Below are positions 30,310 through 38,136 of a stretch of 64,000 bases of DNA, piece after piece (the first letter of the stretch is position 1; the number at the start of each line of letters is the position of its first letter). Source of the stretch: a virus; the IMG/VR virus record IMGVR_UViG_3300046169_000069; one strand, written 5' to 3'. Under the pieces are notes generated by a model. The model was given only the letters and a program-made list of their open reading frames with translations. It did not search any database and was not told the DNA's origin. The translations under genes were made by a program, and so were the position numbers.

Positions 30310-30455
30310 GAGTGATCATTATTAGGATAGAGGCTATCTTCAGGATAGCCCCGTTTCTTGACCTCTTTCTTACGGTCAACGTGGGTGGATGGCCGATTGA
30401 ACTTCGGTGAGTGTTTCGCCACCGGATTCGACCGATTGATAGATTTCTTCTTCAT
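30306..30455 (-). CDS. Small basic phage protein
   Basis: NPVAKH..KFNRPSTHVDRKK motif seen in many phages. Confidence 0.6.
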   Translation of the reverse strand: MKKKSINRSNPVAKHSPKFNRPSTHVDRKKEVKKRGYPEDSLYPNNDHS

Positions 30456-30849
30456 ACCTATACGCCTCTTCTTCCCAAGGATGATCTTCATAGGCAAGGT
30501 TTGTGTACTCAACTCCATCAAAGATATGTTTGTATGACAAACCATCCTCATCAAGAGTTAGACCCACATGAATGAGTCGTCCCGTTAAAATCTGCACAGC
30601 ATGAACAAACTCGTGTGCGATATTAATCTTGAGCGATTCATCATCTTGGTCATGAGTTGAAAACCGAATATCTACTCGATCTTCATCACCATCTGTTTCA
30701 CCAGAAAAATTGCCGATCATCTCTTCTTCAAACAAAACTTTAACATACCCGCCTAGACGGGTAATTCCAATTGACTCTGCGCAACGAAACACATAGTCGG
30801 AGATGCCCTCATTGGGCGAGTTCTCTATAATAACATTTTCGGCAATCAT
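30376..30849 (-). CDS. Zincin-like metallopeptidase (HExxH)
   Basis: IAHEFVHAVQ ... YEDHPWEEEAY. Confidence 0.7.
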   Translation of the reverse strand: MIAENVIIENSPNEGISDYVFRCAESIGITRLGGYVKVLFEEEMIGNFSGETDGDEDRVDIRFSTHDQDDESLKINIAHEFVHAVQILTGRLIHVGLTLDEDGLSYKHIFDGVEYTNLAYEDHPWEEEAYRYEEEIYQSVESGGETLTEVQSAIHPR

Positions 30850-30858
30850 ACCTAGTCC

Positions 30859-31068
30859 TTAATGAATTGTTATTTCGGGCATGACTTCATCGAACGCTTC
30901 GAGTAGATCAATCTCATCTTGGATTGCCTCACGAATCTCGACTTCACTCATACCAATAGCTTCCATACTAGAAACTGCCATCTCAGGTGAGAGCATATCA
31001 TCAATCACCGAATCAAAAAGATCTCGAAGATACTCTCCCACTTCACCACGTGCATACCATGCTGTCAT
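30859..31068 (-). CDS. Hypothetical protein
   Basis: ORF, GGAG RBS, overlapping stop/start. Confidence 0.55.
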   Translation of the reverse strand: MTAWYARGEVGEYLRDLFDSVIDDMLSPEMAVSSMEAIGMSEVEIREAIQDEIDLLEAFDEVMPEITIH

Positions 31069-31298
31069 TGCTTTGACTCCACTAACCTATTGTCTCTAAA
31101 CTCGAACCCCTCGGGGGCACTTAACTTACCTAACAACCACCAATCTTCAGCCTTCATAGTAGGCACAAACTGGCCGTGTTCATCTTGAAACTTCTTACCC
31201 ATCTTGTTGTACTCGTTCAAGTAATCAACCGCGTCTAGGACGACTTCAAACTCTTGCACATCAAGGTTGTTGTTTAACTTAGGCTTTGCTGTATACAT
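31065..31298 (-). CDS. Hypothetical protein
   Basis: MYTAKPKLNN...; AGGAGAG RBS. Confidence 0.6.
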   Translation of the reverse strand: MYTAKPKLNNNLDVQEFEVVLDAVDYLNEYNKMGKKFQDEHGQFVPTMKAEDWWLLGKLSAPEGFEFRDNRLVESKQ

Positions 31299-31459
31299 TA
31301 CTTCTCTCCTTTCATTTCGTGACGGTACTCTCTCTTCAACCACCACTTATACATTCTAAAATATTCTGCTGAATCGTAGAGGGGACTGCGACCCGTGAAC
31401 TGTGCCACTTCGTCGCAATGCTCATACCACTTTTGGTTACACCAGTGACGAAAGTTCAT
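31298..31459 (-). CDS. Small hypothetical protein, 53 aa (not in ORF track)
   Basis: MNFRHWCNQKWYEHCDE...EYFRMYKWWLKREY; TAATG coupling at both ends. Confidence 0.7.
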   Translation of the reverse strand: MNFRHWCNQKWYEHCDEVAQFTGRSPLYDSAEYFRMYKWWLKREYRHEMKGEK

Positions 31460-32007
31460 TACGCGTACCAACTTCGGTAGAAAGACTTACCTTCTTCGGC
31501 GAGACCAGCGTGACGCACATCGTCAATGTTGATGTACTTACCAGTGATTCGCTTCTTGAACTCACCACCGATGAACTCGTTCTTGACTGGAATGACACGA
31601 TCACTCATGAAACTCTCACTGCCTTCAACAGAAGCGACAGCGATCTCACGCAGAGTGACAGTCGCACCCTTCTTGGCGATGACTTGGTAGGCATCGATGT
31701 TAGTCTGTTCCCAACCCCAAGACGCGACATAGATGTCACCCTCTTTGACAGACTCAAGAGCGGCAGCCTTAGCGGCAGCACGAGCGATCTTGCGTTCCTG
31801 CTTCCACTGATCAGCGCGTTCAAGGTCAACAAGGAACTGTTCAACGTGTTCAATCATACGAGCGACAGTACCGTAACGATAAGCGAACTCAGTCTTGTAA
31901 CCCAGACGGGCACGTTTAGTAGGACGCTTACAAACCGCAGTGATCTTCGCCTCATCAATCTCCAACTCAAGACCACGCGCTTCGTACTTCTCAATCAACT
32001 TCAACAT
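31459..32007 (-). CDS. Early hypothetical protein
   Basis: GDIYVASWGWEQTNIDAYQV motif; first gene after an early promoter. Confidence 0.7.
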   Translation of the reverse strand: MLKLIEKYEARGLELEIDEAKITAVCKRPTKRARLGYKTEFAYRYGTVARMIEHVEQFLVDLERADQWKQERKIARAAAKAAALESVKEGDIYVASWGWEQTNIDAYQVIAKKGATVTLREIAVASVEGSESFMSDRVIPVKNEFIGGEFKKRITGKYINIDDVRHAGLAEEGKSFYRSWYA

Positions 32008-32038
32008 AATTAACTCTCTCTCATCAATTTATGTAACC

Positions 32039-32102
32039 ATTATACCAAATCTGGCGGGATTGTCAACACTTTTTTAAAACTTTTTTATGTTAATTTTTCA
32101 CA
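32039..32102 (-). promoter_or_regulatory. Early promoter TTGACA-N16-TATAAT with A-tract UP element and TGTG-N9-CATA box
   Basis: -10 at 32039-44, -35 at 32061-66, box at 32086-32102. Confidence 0.9.
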
Positions 32103-32321
32103 ATAAATGGGTTGTATTTTTCGTTCAACAATTCGCATTGCACAGGGATCGTTTGCGAAAACACTCCAAGTGCCGTCGTACTGACTGGCGATAGTGATCT
32201 CAAATTCTTCTCCGTAGATGTCGTACGCTTCAAACTTAAATTCGTAGAAGATGTTAGGCTCTCCCAACACTTCGGTCAACCTTTCATAGGACACGTCAAT
32301 GTATCCTTGTAAACAACTCAT
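32085..32321 (-). CDS. Hypothetical protein
   Basis: LQGYIDVSYERLTEVLGEP; GAGG RBS. Confidence 0.6.
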   Translation of the reverse strand: MSCLQGYIDVSYERLTEVLGEPNIFYEFKFEAYDIYGEEFEITIASQYDGTWSVFANDPCAMRIVERKIQPIYCEKLT

Positions 32322-32341
32322 GATAACCTCTTATCAAAGGA

Positions 32342-32453
32342 GTGAGAAGGGAAGAAGCAGTGAACCGTAGTTCCTATTCTGACACCAGATGTCTCGGAGA
32401 GACAAACAGTGGGCCGAAGCCCCTAGTCGAGAGACCAGATCTCCCCAACTCAC
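32342..32453 (-). ncRNA. Candidate structured small RNA or leader RNA with two covarying repeat units
   Basis: Closing stem GUGAG-UU-GGGG/UCCC-UU-CUCAC; two units of AUCUGGU hairpin plus UNCG hairpin; starts about 7 nt after a TATAAT. Confidence 0.7.
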
Positions 32454-32460
32454 AATACAC

Positions 32461-32488
32461 ATTATACTCTTTTTTCAAATAAAGTCAA
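32461..32488 (-). promoter_or_regulatory. Sigma70-type promoter TTGACT-N16-TATAAT driving the structured RNA
   Basis: Minus strand TTGACTttatttgaaaaaagagTATAAT. Confidence 0.85.
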
Positions 32489-32501
32489 GACCTTTTTTAG
32501 A

Positions 32502-33089
32502 TTATTTTGGAATAAAGGGTGCGTTTTTTACTGCTTTTAACCACGACTCAGGATCTTTCGGTTTCGACGGGGTCACTCGCAGACCCTGTTCCTTGAAGTT
32601 CGCCTTCAGGATCGTGGCGGTCTCACGACCAAGGAACCTCGACACCAGTTTCAGTAGGGTCTGTCGAAAGGTCACATGGTGGTGGCTGTGTCCTGCACTA
32701 TGCGCGAGTTCGTGTAGGACGATGTACTTGTTGAAGTCGAACGCGGGCGAGATCTCAATCCACGATCCGTGTGATCTACCCATGTATGCCGCTCGACTTC
32801 CCATATTGCGTGACTGGACGACTCGGACCTTGCCGTGGTAACGAGACAACTTCTCCCACGTCTTGGATGCGGTCACTTGTTTTACAAACTTCTCCACATC
32901 TTTAAACTCATTGAGTGGACCGATCAACTCAGGGTGTTCGTTTTCGAGTTTCCATTCTGCGTTGTAGGTCTTGGTCTTCTCACTGTCGCGTTTTGGTAGA
33001 ACCGTCTTACGACGGTAGTAGTCAGAATACTTATGGGCCTGAGAGGTAGTCAGTCCCGCGTTCAATGCTCTGCGATATGCAGTTCGCAT
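32502..33089 (-). CDS. Putative metallohydrolase (HExxH...H)
   Basis: KTYNAEW, IVLHELAHSAGHSHHHVTFRQTLLKLV. Confidence 0.7.
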   Translation of the reverse strand: MRTAYRRALNAGLTTSQAHKYSDYYRRKTVLPKRDSEKTKTYNAEWKLENEHPELIGPLNEFKDVEKFVKQVTASKTWEKLSRYHGKVRVVQSRNMGSRAAYMGRSHGSWIEISPAFDFNKYIVLHELAHSAGHSHHHVTFRQTLLKLVSRFLGRETATILKANFKEQGLRVTPSKPKDPESWLKAVKNAPFIPK

Positions 33090-33353
33090 TACTTCTTTTT
33101 CCTTACCCGCTTCTTGGCAGGAGCCTTCTTCTTGGGTGCTGTCCATTTCTTTGCGAGGAACTCCTCAACTGATAACCCACACTCACGAAGGGTCTTGTGG
33201 AATCTTTTTACATCGGTCATTTCCCATGTATTATCAATAAACGATCCGAAGTGGTTTAAAACTTTTTCTCCAAGCTTGTGCGTTCTCTTCAGTCTCTTTG
33301 TCGAAGATATAACGCACCTTCTTGGTGAAATTTAACTTAATGATCTTAGACAT
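33089..33353 (-). CDS. Hypothetical protein with basic tail (indel near 33270)
   Basis: MSKIIKLNF...; shifted end KKWTAPKKKAPAKKRVRKKK; AGGAG RBS. Confidence 0.5.
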
Positions 33354-33361
33354 AGAACTCC

Positions 33362-33583
33362 TTATGCAACTCCAAACAATTCATCAAAGGTCACTGGAAC
33401 AACCAGTTCCAACTCGGTCTGTTCCTCGATCTGGGGGACAGGTTTGGGAGACAAGATGTTCTTGATCTCCGCGATGCGGCACCCGATCTCGCGGGCAAAG
33501 GGATGGTCAGTACCCACATCTTTTTGTAGGGCTTCCAATTCAACTTCTAACATGAATTTGTTTAACGATGAATAGGTATTCAT
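33362..33583 (-). CDS. Hypothetical protein
   Basis: GAGGAG RBS, TAATG coupling. Confidence 0.6.
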   Translation of the reverse strand: MNTYSSLNKFMLEVELEALQKDVGTDHPFAREIGCRIAEIKNILSPKPVPQIEEQTELELVVPVTFDELFGVA

Positions 33584-33834
33584 TACGCACACTCCTCAAC
33601 AAATGGTTTCGCAATCAAGTAAATGCCAGGGCAAGCAGGAACATCACAGAAGGCATACTCACTCACAAGCAATCGGAACTTCGCAATGTACCGCAGTTCA
33701 GATTGATCAGCACTGCTGATAGGTGGGAAGTAGACCACAACCTGTTCACCACGATCTTCGACGACCTCACCCATACGCTCTGGGTACATCGCACCAGAGT
33801 TGATCTGAACTACACGACCTTTCAAATTTTCCAT
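33583..33834 (-). CDS. Early hypothetical protein
   Basis: GAGGAGAG RBS after a promoter. Confidence 0.6.
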   Translation of the reverse strand: MENLKGRVVQINSGAMYPERMGEVVEDRGEQVVVYFPPISSADQSELRYIAKFRLLVSEYAFCDVPACPGIYLIAKPFVEECA

Positions 33835-33861
33835 AACAACCTCTCCTCATTTGATGTAACC

Positions 33862-33915
33862 ATTATAGTACATGTTTCAGAAATATGCAAGAGTTATTTG
33901 TGGTAATTTGTCACA
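33862..33915 (-). promoter_or_regulatory. Early promoter TTGCAT-N17-TATAAT with TGTG-N9-CACA box
   Basis: -10 at 33862-67, -35 at 33885-90, box at 33899-33915. Confidence 0.85.
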
Positions 33916-33916
33916 A

Positions 33917-34084
33917 CTAGAAGAAATATCGGGCCAAGAGTGATGATACAACGATAGAACCCACAACAACAAAAGGCATCATGATTAGTTTTCGTTCTAC
34001 CCTGTCGGCCGCGGCATCCCATCGATCAAACGCCGCTTCTACTTTATCAAACGACTCGTTCAACTTTCTTTCACTTTCTCTCAT
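33917..34084 (-). CDS. Small protein with C-terminal TM helix, 55 aa (not in ORF track)
   Basis: MRESERKLNESFDK...LIMMPFVVVGSIVVSSLLARYFF; AGGAG RBS. Confidence 0.6.
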   Translation of the reverse strand: MRESERKLNESFDKVEAAFDRWDAAADRVERKLIMMPFVVVGSIVVSSLLARYFF

Positions 34085-34101
34085 ATTGATCTCCTGTAAA
34101 T

Positions 34102-34164
34102 AAAAAAAATAGGGGAGCAGTCCACATACCTGTCAGTCGGAATCTTCGCAAGACCGACTCCCCT
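34102..34164 (-). terminator. Terminator-like stem with a branched 40-nt insert
   Basis: AGGGGAG...CUCCCCU-AUUUUUUUU enclosing additional hairpins. Confidence 0.65.
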
Positions 34165-34169
34165 CTAAA

Positions 34170-34634
34170 CTATTGACTAACGAATCCGGTACCGTCACAC
34201 ATGTAACAGTCTTCATCGCCATAGTCATCGTATCCATAACCTGAACACTCTTGACACGTCTCATCAAGATCTTCATCCGAATAGTCGAGCATGTCTTCGG
34301 TGTTCTCCATCGTCATCAACTGAGGGTTGAAGGTCACCATCTTGGTGGTCATCTCAACGATGCGGTCGATGGCAACATGGAAAAAGTCGTCCTCATACTT
34401 ACCTTCATAGAGTCGACCCGTCGTGTAGGGTAGGACGTAATCGAATAACTCCTTGTCGATCGCACCCTTCTCACGTAGGAACTTCAGGGCACCGGAAGTG
34501 TTGTTACCCATCCCGTTGTTGTAGAAGTCATAACGCAGACGACCGGCGGCACGAACCATCTCACCAGCGACAGTAGCGGCGTTACCTTCACGAGGAACCA
34601 ACTCCTCCCAGATTCGTTCAAATGTAGCACTCAT
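34170..34634 (-). CDS. Hypothetical protein with C-terminal CxxCxGxG zinc finger
   Basis: LVPREG.A.TVAGEMVRAAGRLRYDFYNNG; CQECSGYG...CYMCDGTG. Confidence 0.7.
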   Translation of the reverse strand: MSATFERIWEELVPREGNAATVAGEMVRAAGRLRYDFYNNGMGNNTSGALKFLREKGAIDKELFDYVLPYTTGRLYEGKYEDDFFHVAIDRIVEMTTKMVTFNPQLMTMENTEDMLDYSDEDLDETCQECSGYGYDDYGDEDCYMCDGTGFVSQ

Positions 34635-34738
34635 CGTGTTCTCCCTCTCAAAAGTGCATGTATCGCCTTCGCCTCTTTAGCCTTGATACGACGATCTTTG
34701 TTTATCTCTTTCTGTACCGCTTCCTTGTTGTACTTCAT
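34631..34738 (-). CDS. Small basic phage protein
   Basis: MKYNKEAVQKEINKDRRIKAKEAKAIHALLRGR; AGGAG RBS. Confidence 0.6.
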   Translation of the reverse strand: MKYNKEAVQKEINKDRRIKAKEAKAIHALLRGRTR

Positions 34739-34881
34739 AGACGACTCCTTAGTAGACATAGGGTTCAACAGGATGACCGGCAGCGAGTTGCATCGCAGCG
34801 TAGACGAACATCCAAAGAGTTGCATTAGCGAAAAGAACTTCAACAATTCGTTGGGGACTTGCGGGCTTCAATTTAATCATC

Positions 34882-35181
34882 TTAGATCACCTCCACACGG
34901 TTATCAAAATCACGACCAGCCATCTCAAAGGGGACATACATGATGCGACCCACACGTTGTATGTCGTGTTCTACAGACCCAGTCACAGAGTCCTTGACGA
35001 AGATGGTGTAACCATCACACATATAGACCTTGCGAGGAGCAGTGTAGTGGGGTTTCGCCCAAATCGCACCTTTCTCAAGTACCTCACCTACGAGGTAAGA
35101 ATCCGGACGATCAGACATCGGTTCAAAATCGTATGCACGAATAATGTCTCCGACGTTCGCAGTGTTTTCAAATTTCATCAT
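34882..35181 (-). CDS. Early hypothetical protein
   Basis: VGDIIRAYDFEPM..RPDSYLVGEV; GAGGAGAG RBS. Confidence 0.65.
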   Translation of the reverse strand: MMKFENTANVGDIIRAYDFEPMSDRPDSYLVGEVLEKGAIWAKPHYTAPRKVYMCDGYTIFVKDSVTGSVEHDIQRVGRIMYVPFEMAGRDFDNRVEVI

Positions 35182-35206
35182 ATGTCTCTCCTCATTTGAT
35201 GTAGCC

Positions 35207-35270
35207 ATTATATCAAATCTGGCGAAAGAGTCAACACTTTTTTAAAACTTTTTTGTGTGAATATTACACA
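35207..35270 (-). promoter_or_regulatory. Early promoter TTGACT-N16-TATAAT with UP element and TGTG-N9-CACA box
   Basis: -10 at 35207-12, -35 at 35229-34, box at 35254-35270. Confidence 0.9.
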
Positions 35271-35271
35271 T

Positions 35272-35607
35272 TTATCTACGCATTGACGCAAGGTCTTTCA
35301 TCTGTTGTTCGTCAATTACGGGAATCGCATTTGACTTGTGCATAGTACCGATACCCTTCACGAGAGTGCCAGTATACTCTTGTCGTTCGGGCTTAGAACA
35401 TGACTCCGGTGTTGCGAAGTCTGACCGACTGGGGTACTGATTTGACTCCGCGCATCTTTGCTCTGCATATGAAAGGATGCGCGTTGGTTTCGTTGTCTTG
35501 ATTGCACGGAACGCTGGCGGTTGGTATTTCCCATAAACTTCTCCTTTAGGTTTCACTTTTTTAATCTTACGACCACTAGGGGTATGTCTCATCGATCCAT
35601 GTATCAC
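35272..35607 (-). CDS. Conserved T4-like hypothetical protein
   Basis: YTGTLVKGIGTMHKSNAIPV motif. Confidence 0.7.
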   Translation of the reverse strand: MIHGSMRHTPSGRKIKKVKPKGEVYGKYQPPAFRAIKTTKPTRILSYAEQRCAESNQYPSRSDFATPESCSKPERQEYTGTLVKGIGTMHKSNAIPVIDEQQMKDLASMRR

Positions 35608-35771
35608 AACTCTTTCTCCATTCGACGTAGTATCTGTTGCATCGCACCCAGCTCTGCTGTTAAGAAATGCAACTTGGTGTTGGGTGATGTGTTGTCAACG
35701 GGAAGATTTCGTATCTGGTCCATCTTCTCAGAGATTTCTTCTTTGACGATCTTAAGCACTTGCTCTTTCAT
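35604..35771 (-). CDS. Small hypothetical protein (not in ORF track)
   Basis: MKEQVLKIVKEEISEKMDQIRNLP...; GAGG RBS. Confidence 0.55.
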   Translation of the reverse strand: MKEQVLKIVKEEISEKMDQIRNLPVDNTSPNTKLHFLTAELGAMQQILRRMEKEL

Positions 35772-36318
35772 TCTTTACCTCAAACCATGATGGGACAGGA
35801 CGACTAGTCCATGTCATACTAAACCGATCTTGCTTGGTCTGGTAGAATGCACGGTATGACTCTACAGGGTCAGACATCATACACTCAGGGTTGGAGCCCA
35901 TAGCAAGCTTGAACGGTGTCCGCTCGACGTGTGGTATACGCGCCGGTGGAGTGAGTAATATATCACGTAGAAGGGTGTCTGTCAAGTGTTGTTTACCATA
36001 ACGATACATATATTCATCACAGAGAGCAATGAAGTGTTTGTAGTGCCAGATGTAATTGCAGATAGATTCCATCGTCCAAACTGTACATGGATGATGGTGA
36101 TGGACAGCTTTGTAGAGTTGGTCGTCTAGGGTAGGATGATCGTAGTACTTGATCATGGTCTTGCCAGACTTGGAAGGTTTGCGATAGGATTGACCGTCGA
36201 GCATACGATGTGCCGTTGACAACATCTGTGCAGACTCGACGATCATTTTGACGACGTGTTTGTCACACTGCTCTTGGGCAGCTATGACTGGATTGTTACT
36301 GAGTACAAAAATATTCAT
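35752..36318 (-). CDS. Pyrimidine-dimer DNA glycosylase-like (DenV-related family)
   Basis: MNIFVL..NP..AAQ..CDKHVVKMIVESAQMLSTAH, HHPCTVW, LCDEY..RYGK.H. Confidence 0.75.
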   Translation of the reverse strand: MNIFVLSNNPVIAAQEQCDKHVVKMIVESAQMLSTAHRMLDGQSYRKPSKSGKTMIKYYDHPTLDDQLYKAVHHHHPCTVWTMESICNYIWHYKHFIALCDEYMYRYGKQHLTDTLLRDILLTPPARIPHVERTPFKLAMGSNPECMMSDPVESYRAFYQTKQDRFSMTWTSRPVPSWFEVKNERASA

Positions 36319-36345
36319 ATACTATATCCCCCATTTGGTTAGGAT

Positions 36346-36374
36346 ATTGTACAGGATAAATTAAGTTCTGTCAA
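36346..36374 (-). promoter_or_regulatory. Sigma70-type promoter TTGACA-N17-TACAAT
   Basis: Minus strand TTGACAgaacttaatttatcctgTACAAT. Confidence 0.75.
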
Positions 36375-36798
36375 CCCCTTTTAAAGATTTTTTTAAAGTA
36401 GATTTAAACATTTCAAAAACAACAAGAATTGGGTCGTACATCCACAGATACTTTTTGTGGCCACACCTAGACTCCATCTCTTCCCATGTCACGAACTCTT
36501 GCGTCCAGTTGTCTGCATATAGGTTGCCGACACGAAGTACCACATGACCTTGGCCCTTCTTAGTGATGACTCTACGCAACTGTGCCTGCATGGTGAACAC
36601 ATTGATCCAGAAGTTGACCATTGACTTGCCACTCATCAACCACAGTAGCGTCAACGCGTAGTCTTCGCAGTCACCTTCGTATGGTGGTTCCTTTATGATG
36701 TGCCACGTGTCAGATCCGTACTGATCGTTATCGTATAGATACTTCCATGTTTCATTTAGATGTTCAACATGTTTATCCATGTTTGCTAAGTCTAACAT
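36361..36798 (-). CDS. Transglutaminase-like cysteine peptidase (BTLCP-like)
   Basis: DQYG.DTW, GDCEDYAL, GHVVL, ADN (Cys-His-Asp). Confidence 0.7.
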   Translation of the reverse strand: MLDLANMDKHVEHLNETWKYLYDNDQYGSDTWHIIKEPPYEGDCEDYALTLLWLMSGKSMVNFWINVFTMQAQLRRVITKKGQGHVVLRVGNLYADNWTQEFVTWEEMESRCGHKKYLWMYDPILVVFEMFKSTLKKSLKGVDRT

Positions 36799-36836
36799 AT
36801 TTTTGTTCCTTTTATTGACATACAATTTTATTTAGG

Positions 36837-36844
36837 TATAAATA
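36837..36844 (+). promoter_or_regulatory. Late promoter TATAAATA (a TTGACA lies 16 bp upstream)
   Basis: ttgacatacaattttatttaggTATAAATA. Confidence 0.75.
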
Positions 36845-36849
36845 ACTCT

Positions 36850-37101
36850 ATGAACGATTTATTTGATTTTGGTTTTACTGCAGTAGATGAGTCTGAACTC
36901 GAGGCATTTCAACAACTCGAGAACGCCTCTGAGGCTGTAGATGAAACGCAAACACGTCTTGATAATCTATACAATGCGATTCAACCACTACTGACCAATC
37001 TCAAGATGAATCCTGAGAAAGAGTACATTTTGTGGCCAAATCGATTGGATAAGATTGAACAATTCGAAACACATATTCAAAACATCTATAAGGGACCCTA
37101 A
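36850..37101 (+). CDS. Conserved T4-like hypothetical protein
   Basis: FDFGFTAVDE.EL ... PLL.NLK.NPEKEYILWPNR. Confidence 0.75.
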   Translation: MNDLFDFGFTAVDESELEAFQQLENASEAVDETQTRLDNLYNAIQPLLTNLKMNPEKEYILWPNRLDKIEQFETHIQNIYKGP

Positions 37102-37104
37102 CCA

Positions 37105-37956
37105 ATGTTTTATAGTACCAAAGACGAATTTATTTTAAGAGATGGTGAAGTACAATCTGTTGTCACTGGATCAGATAAACACCAGATGGTAAAGAGCATC
37201 AACTCACTTATGAAGTTCTTGACTGTTCACCAAGGCAAATATTTACGTTACAAAAATTCAGAAGTCAACGTCATAGAAGAAGCTTTCTCTCGTGGAACTA
37301 TGATGTGTAATGCAATCATGTCTCGTAGATATAAGAACATTTTATTTGTTGGTCACTACAACGACCACCAGACGCACTGGATGTTGGATAAGTTCTCAGG
37401 AAGAATGGTAGACGTTTTTCCACCGGAACGTGATCACATGCAGACATTCCCAGATTTAAACATCGTTGCACAGTTCGTACCGTATGTTTTCAAAACAATG
37501 GAGTATGATGCATCCTTTACCGTCGTTAGACCACCAGAGTCAAAACATAAGGGCGTAATGCATACCATATACGAAGCTGTGGGAATGGTTCAAGACTCTC
37601 TTCCATGTTCTCACCAATATAAACACGGACAAACTTCATGGTCACTGGAAGGTGAACACGAAAAGTTTGATGCTGTTGTGTTCTTGGGCGTTCCTATGGT
37701 AGATCAAGGCGTAGGGTTTGAAGAGGATCAAGTACGAGAAATTTTTGCGCCAATGTGTACAGAAGATTTTGAGATGGTGGACATTTACTATGGACTGCCA
37801 TCCTCTGTGAAGTGGTTTAATGGAGAAGAAAAAGACAACACGACTATGGTTGAAGTTGCTTTCTCTGTTCGTTCGGGATGGGATGATGATGTTAAGACCG
37901 GCGGTGGCCGACCAGAAGAATACGACATTATGAGTAAGATGATTTCCGTATTCTAG
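37105..37956 (+). CDS. Hypothetical protein, possibly Rossmann-like
   Basis: 283-aa ORF; YKNILFVG and KFDAVVFLG. Confidence 0.65.
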   Translation: MFYSTKDEFILRDGEVQSVVTGSDKHQMVKSINSLMKFLTVHQGKYLRYKNSEVNVIEEAFSRGTMMCNAIMSRRYKNILFVGHYNDHQTHWMLDKFSGRMVDVFPPERDHMQTFPDLNIVAQFVPYVFKTMEYDASFTVVRPPESKHKGVMHTIYEAVGMVQDSLPCSHQYKHGQTSWSLEGEHEKFDAVVFLGVPMVDQGVGFEEDQVREIFAPMCTEDFEMVDIYYGLPSSVKWFNGEEKDNTTMVEVAFSVRSGWDDDVKTGGGRPEEYDIMSKMISVF

Positions 37957-37982
37957 GAACTTACCCGACAGTAAGACACGCG

Positions 37983-38007
37983 AGGGGACTACGGTCCCCT
38001 TTTTTTA
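37983..38007 (+). terminator. Intrinsic terminator
   Basis: AGGGGAC-TACG-GTCCCCT followed by a T-tract. Confidence 0.9.
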
Positions 38008-38136
38008 TGCCCAGTATAAGAACATGCCTGCGATGGCACACCAAATCAGAACGTTGGGTGCATTATCCCAAACCCACTGAAAGTCTTTGATCGTATACTT
38101 GATAAATTTTATTACTTGCTCGATTCTTCCTTCCAT
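38005..38136 (-). CDS. Small membrane protein, 43 aa (not in ORF track)
   Basis: MEGRIEQVIKFIKYTIKDFQWVWDNAPNVLIWCAIAGMFLYWA. Confidence 0.5.
   Translation of the reverse strand: MEGRIEQVIKFIKYTIKDFQWVWDNAPNVLIWCAIAGMFLYWA

Noticed and set aside
31402-32013. 203-aa plus-strand ORF (similar cases: 52112-52729, 22586-23131, 62470-63045)
   Set aside because: Antisense shadows of minus-strand genes that have promoters, RBSs and recognisable motifs.
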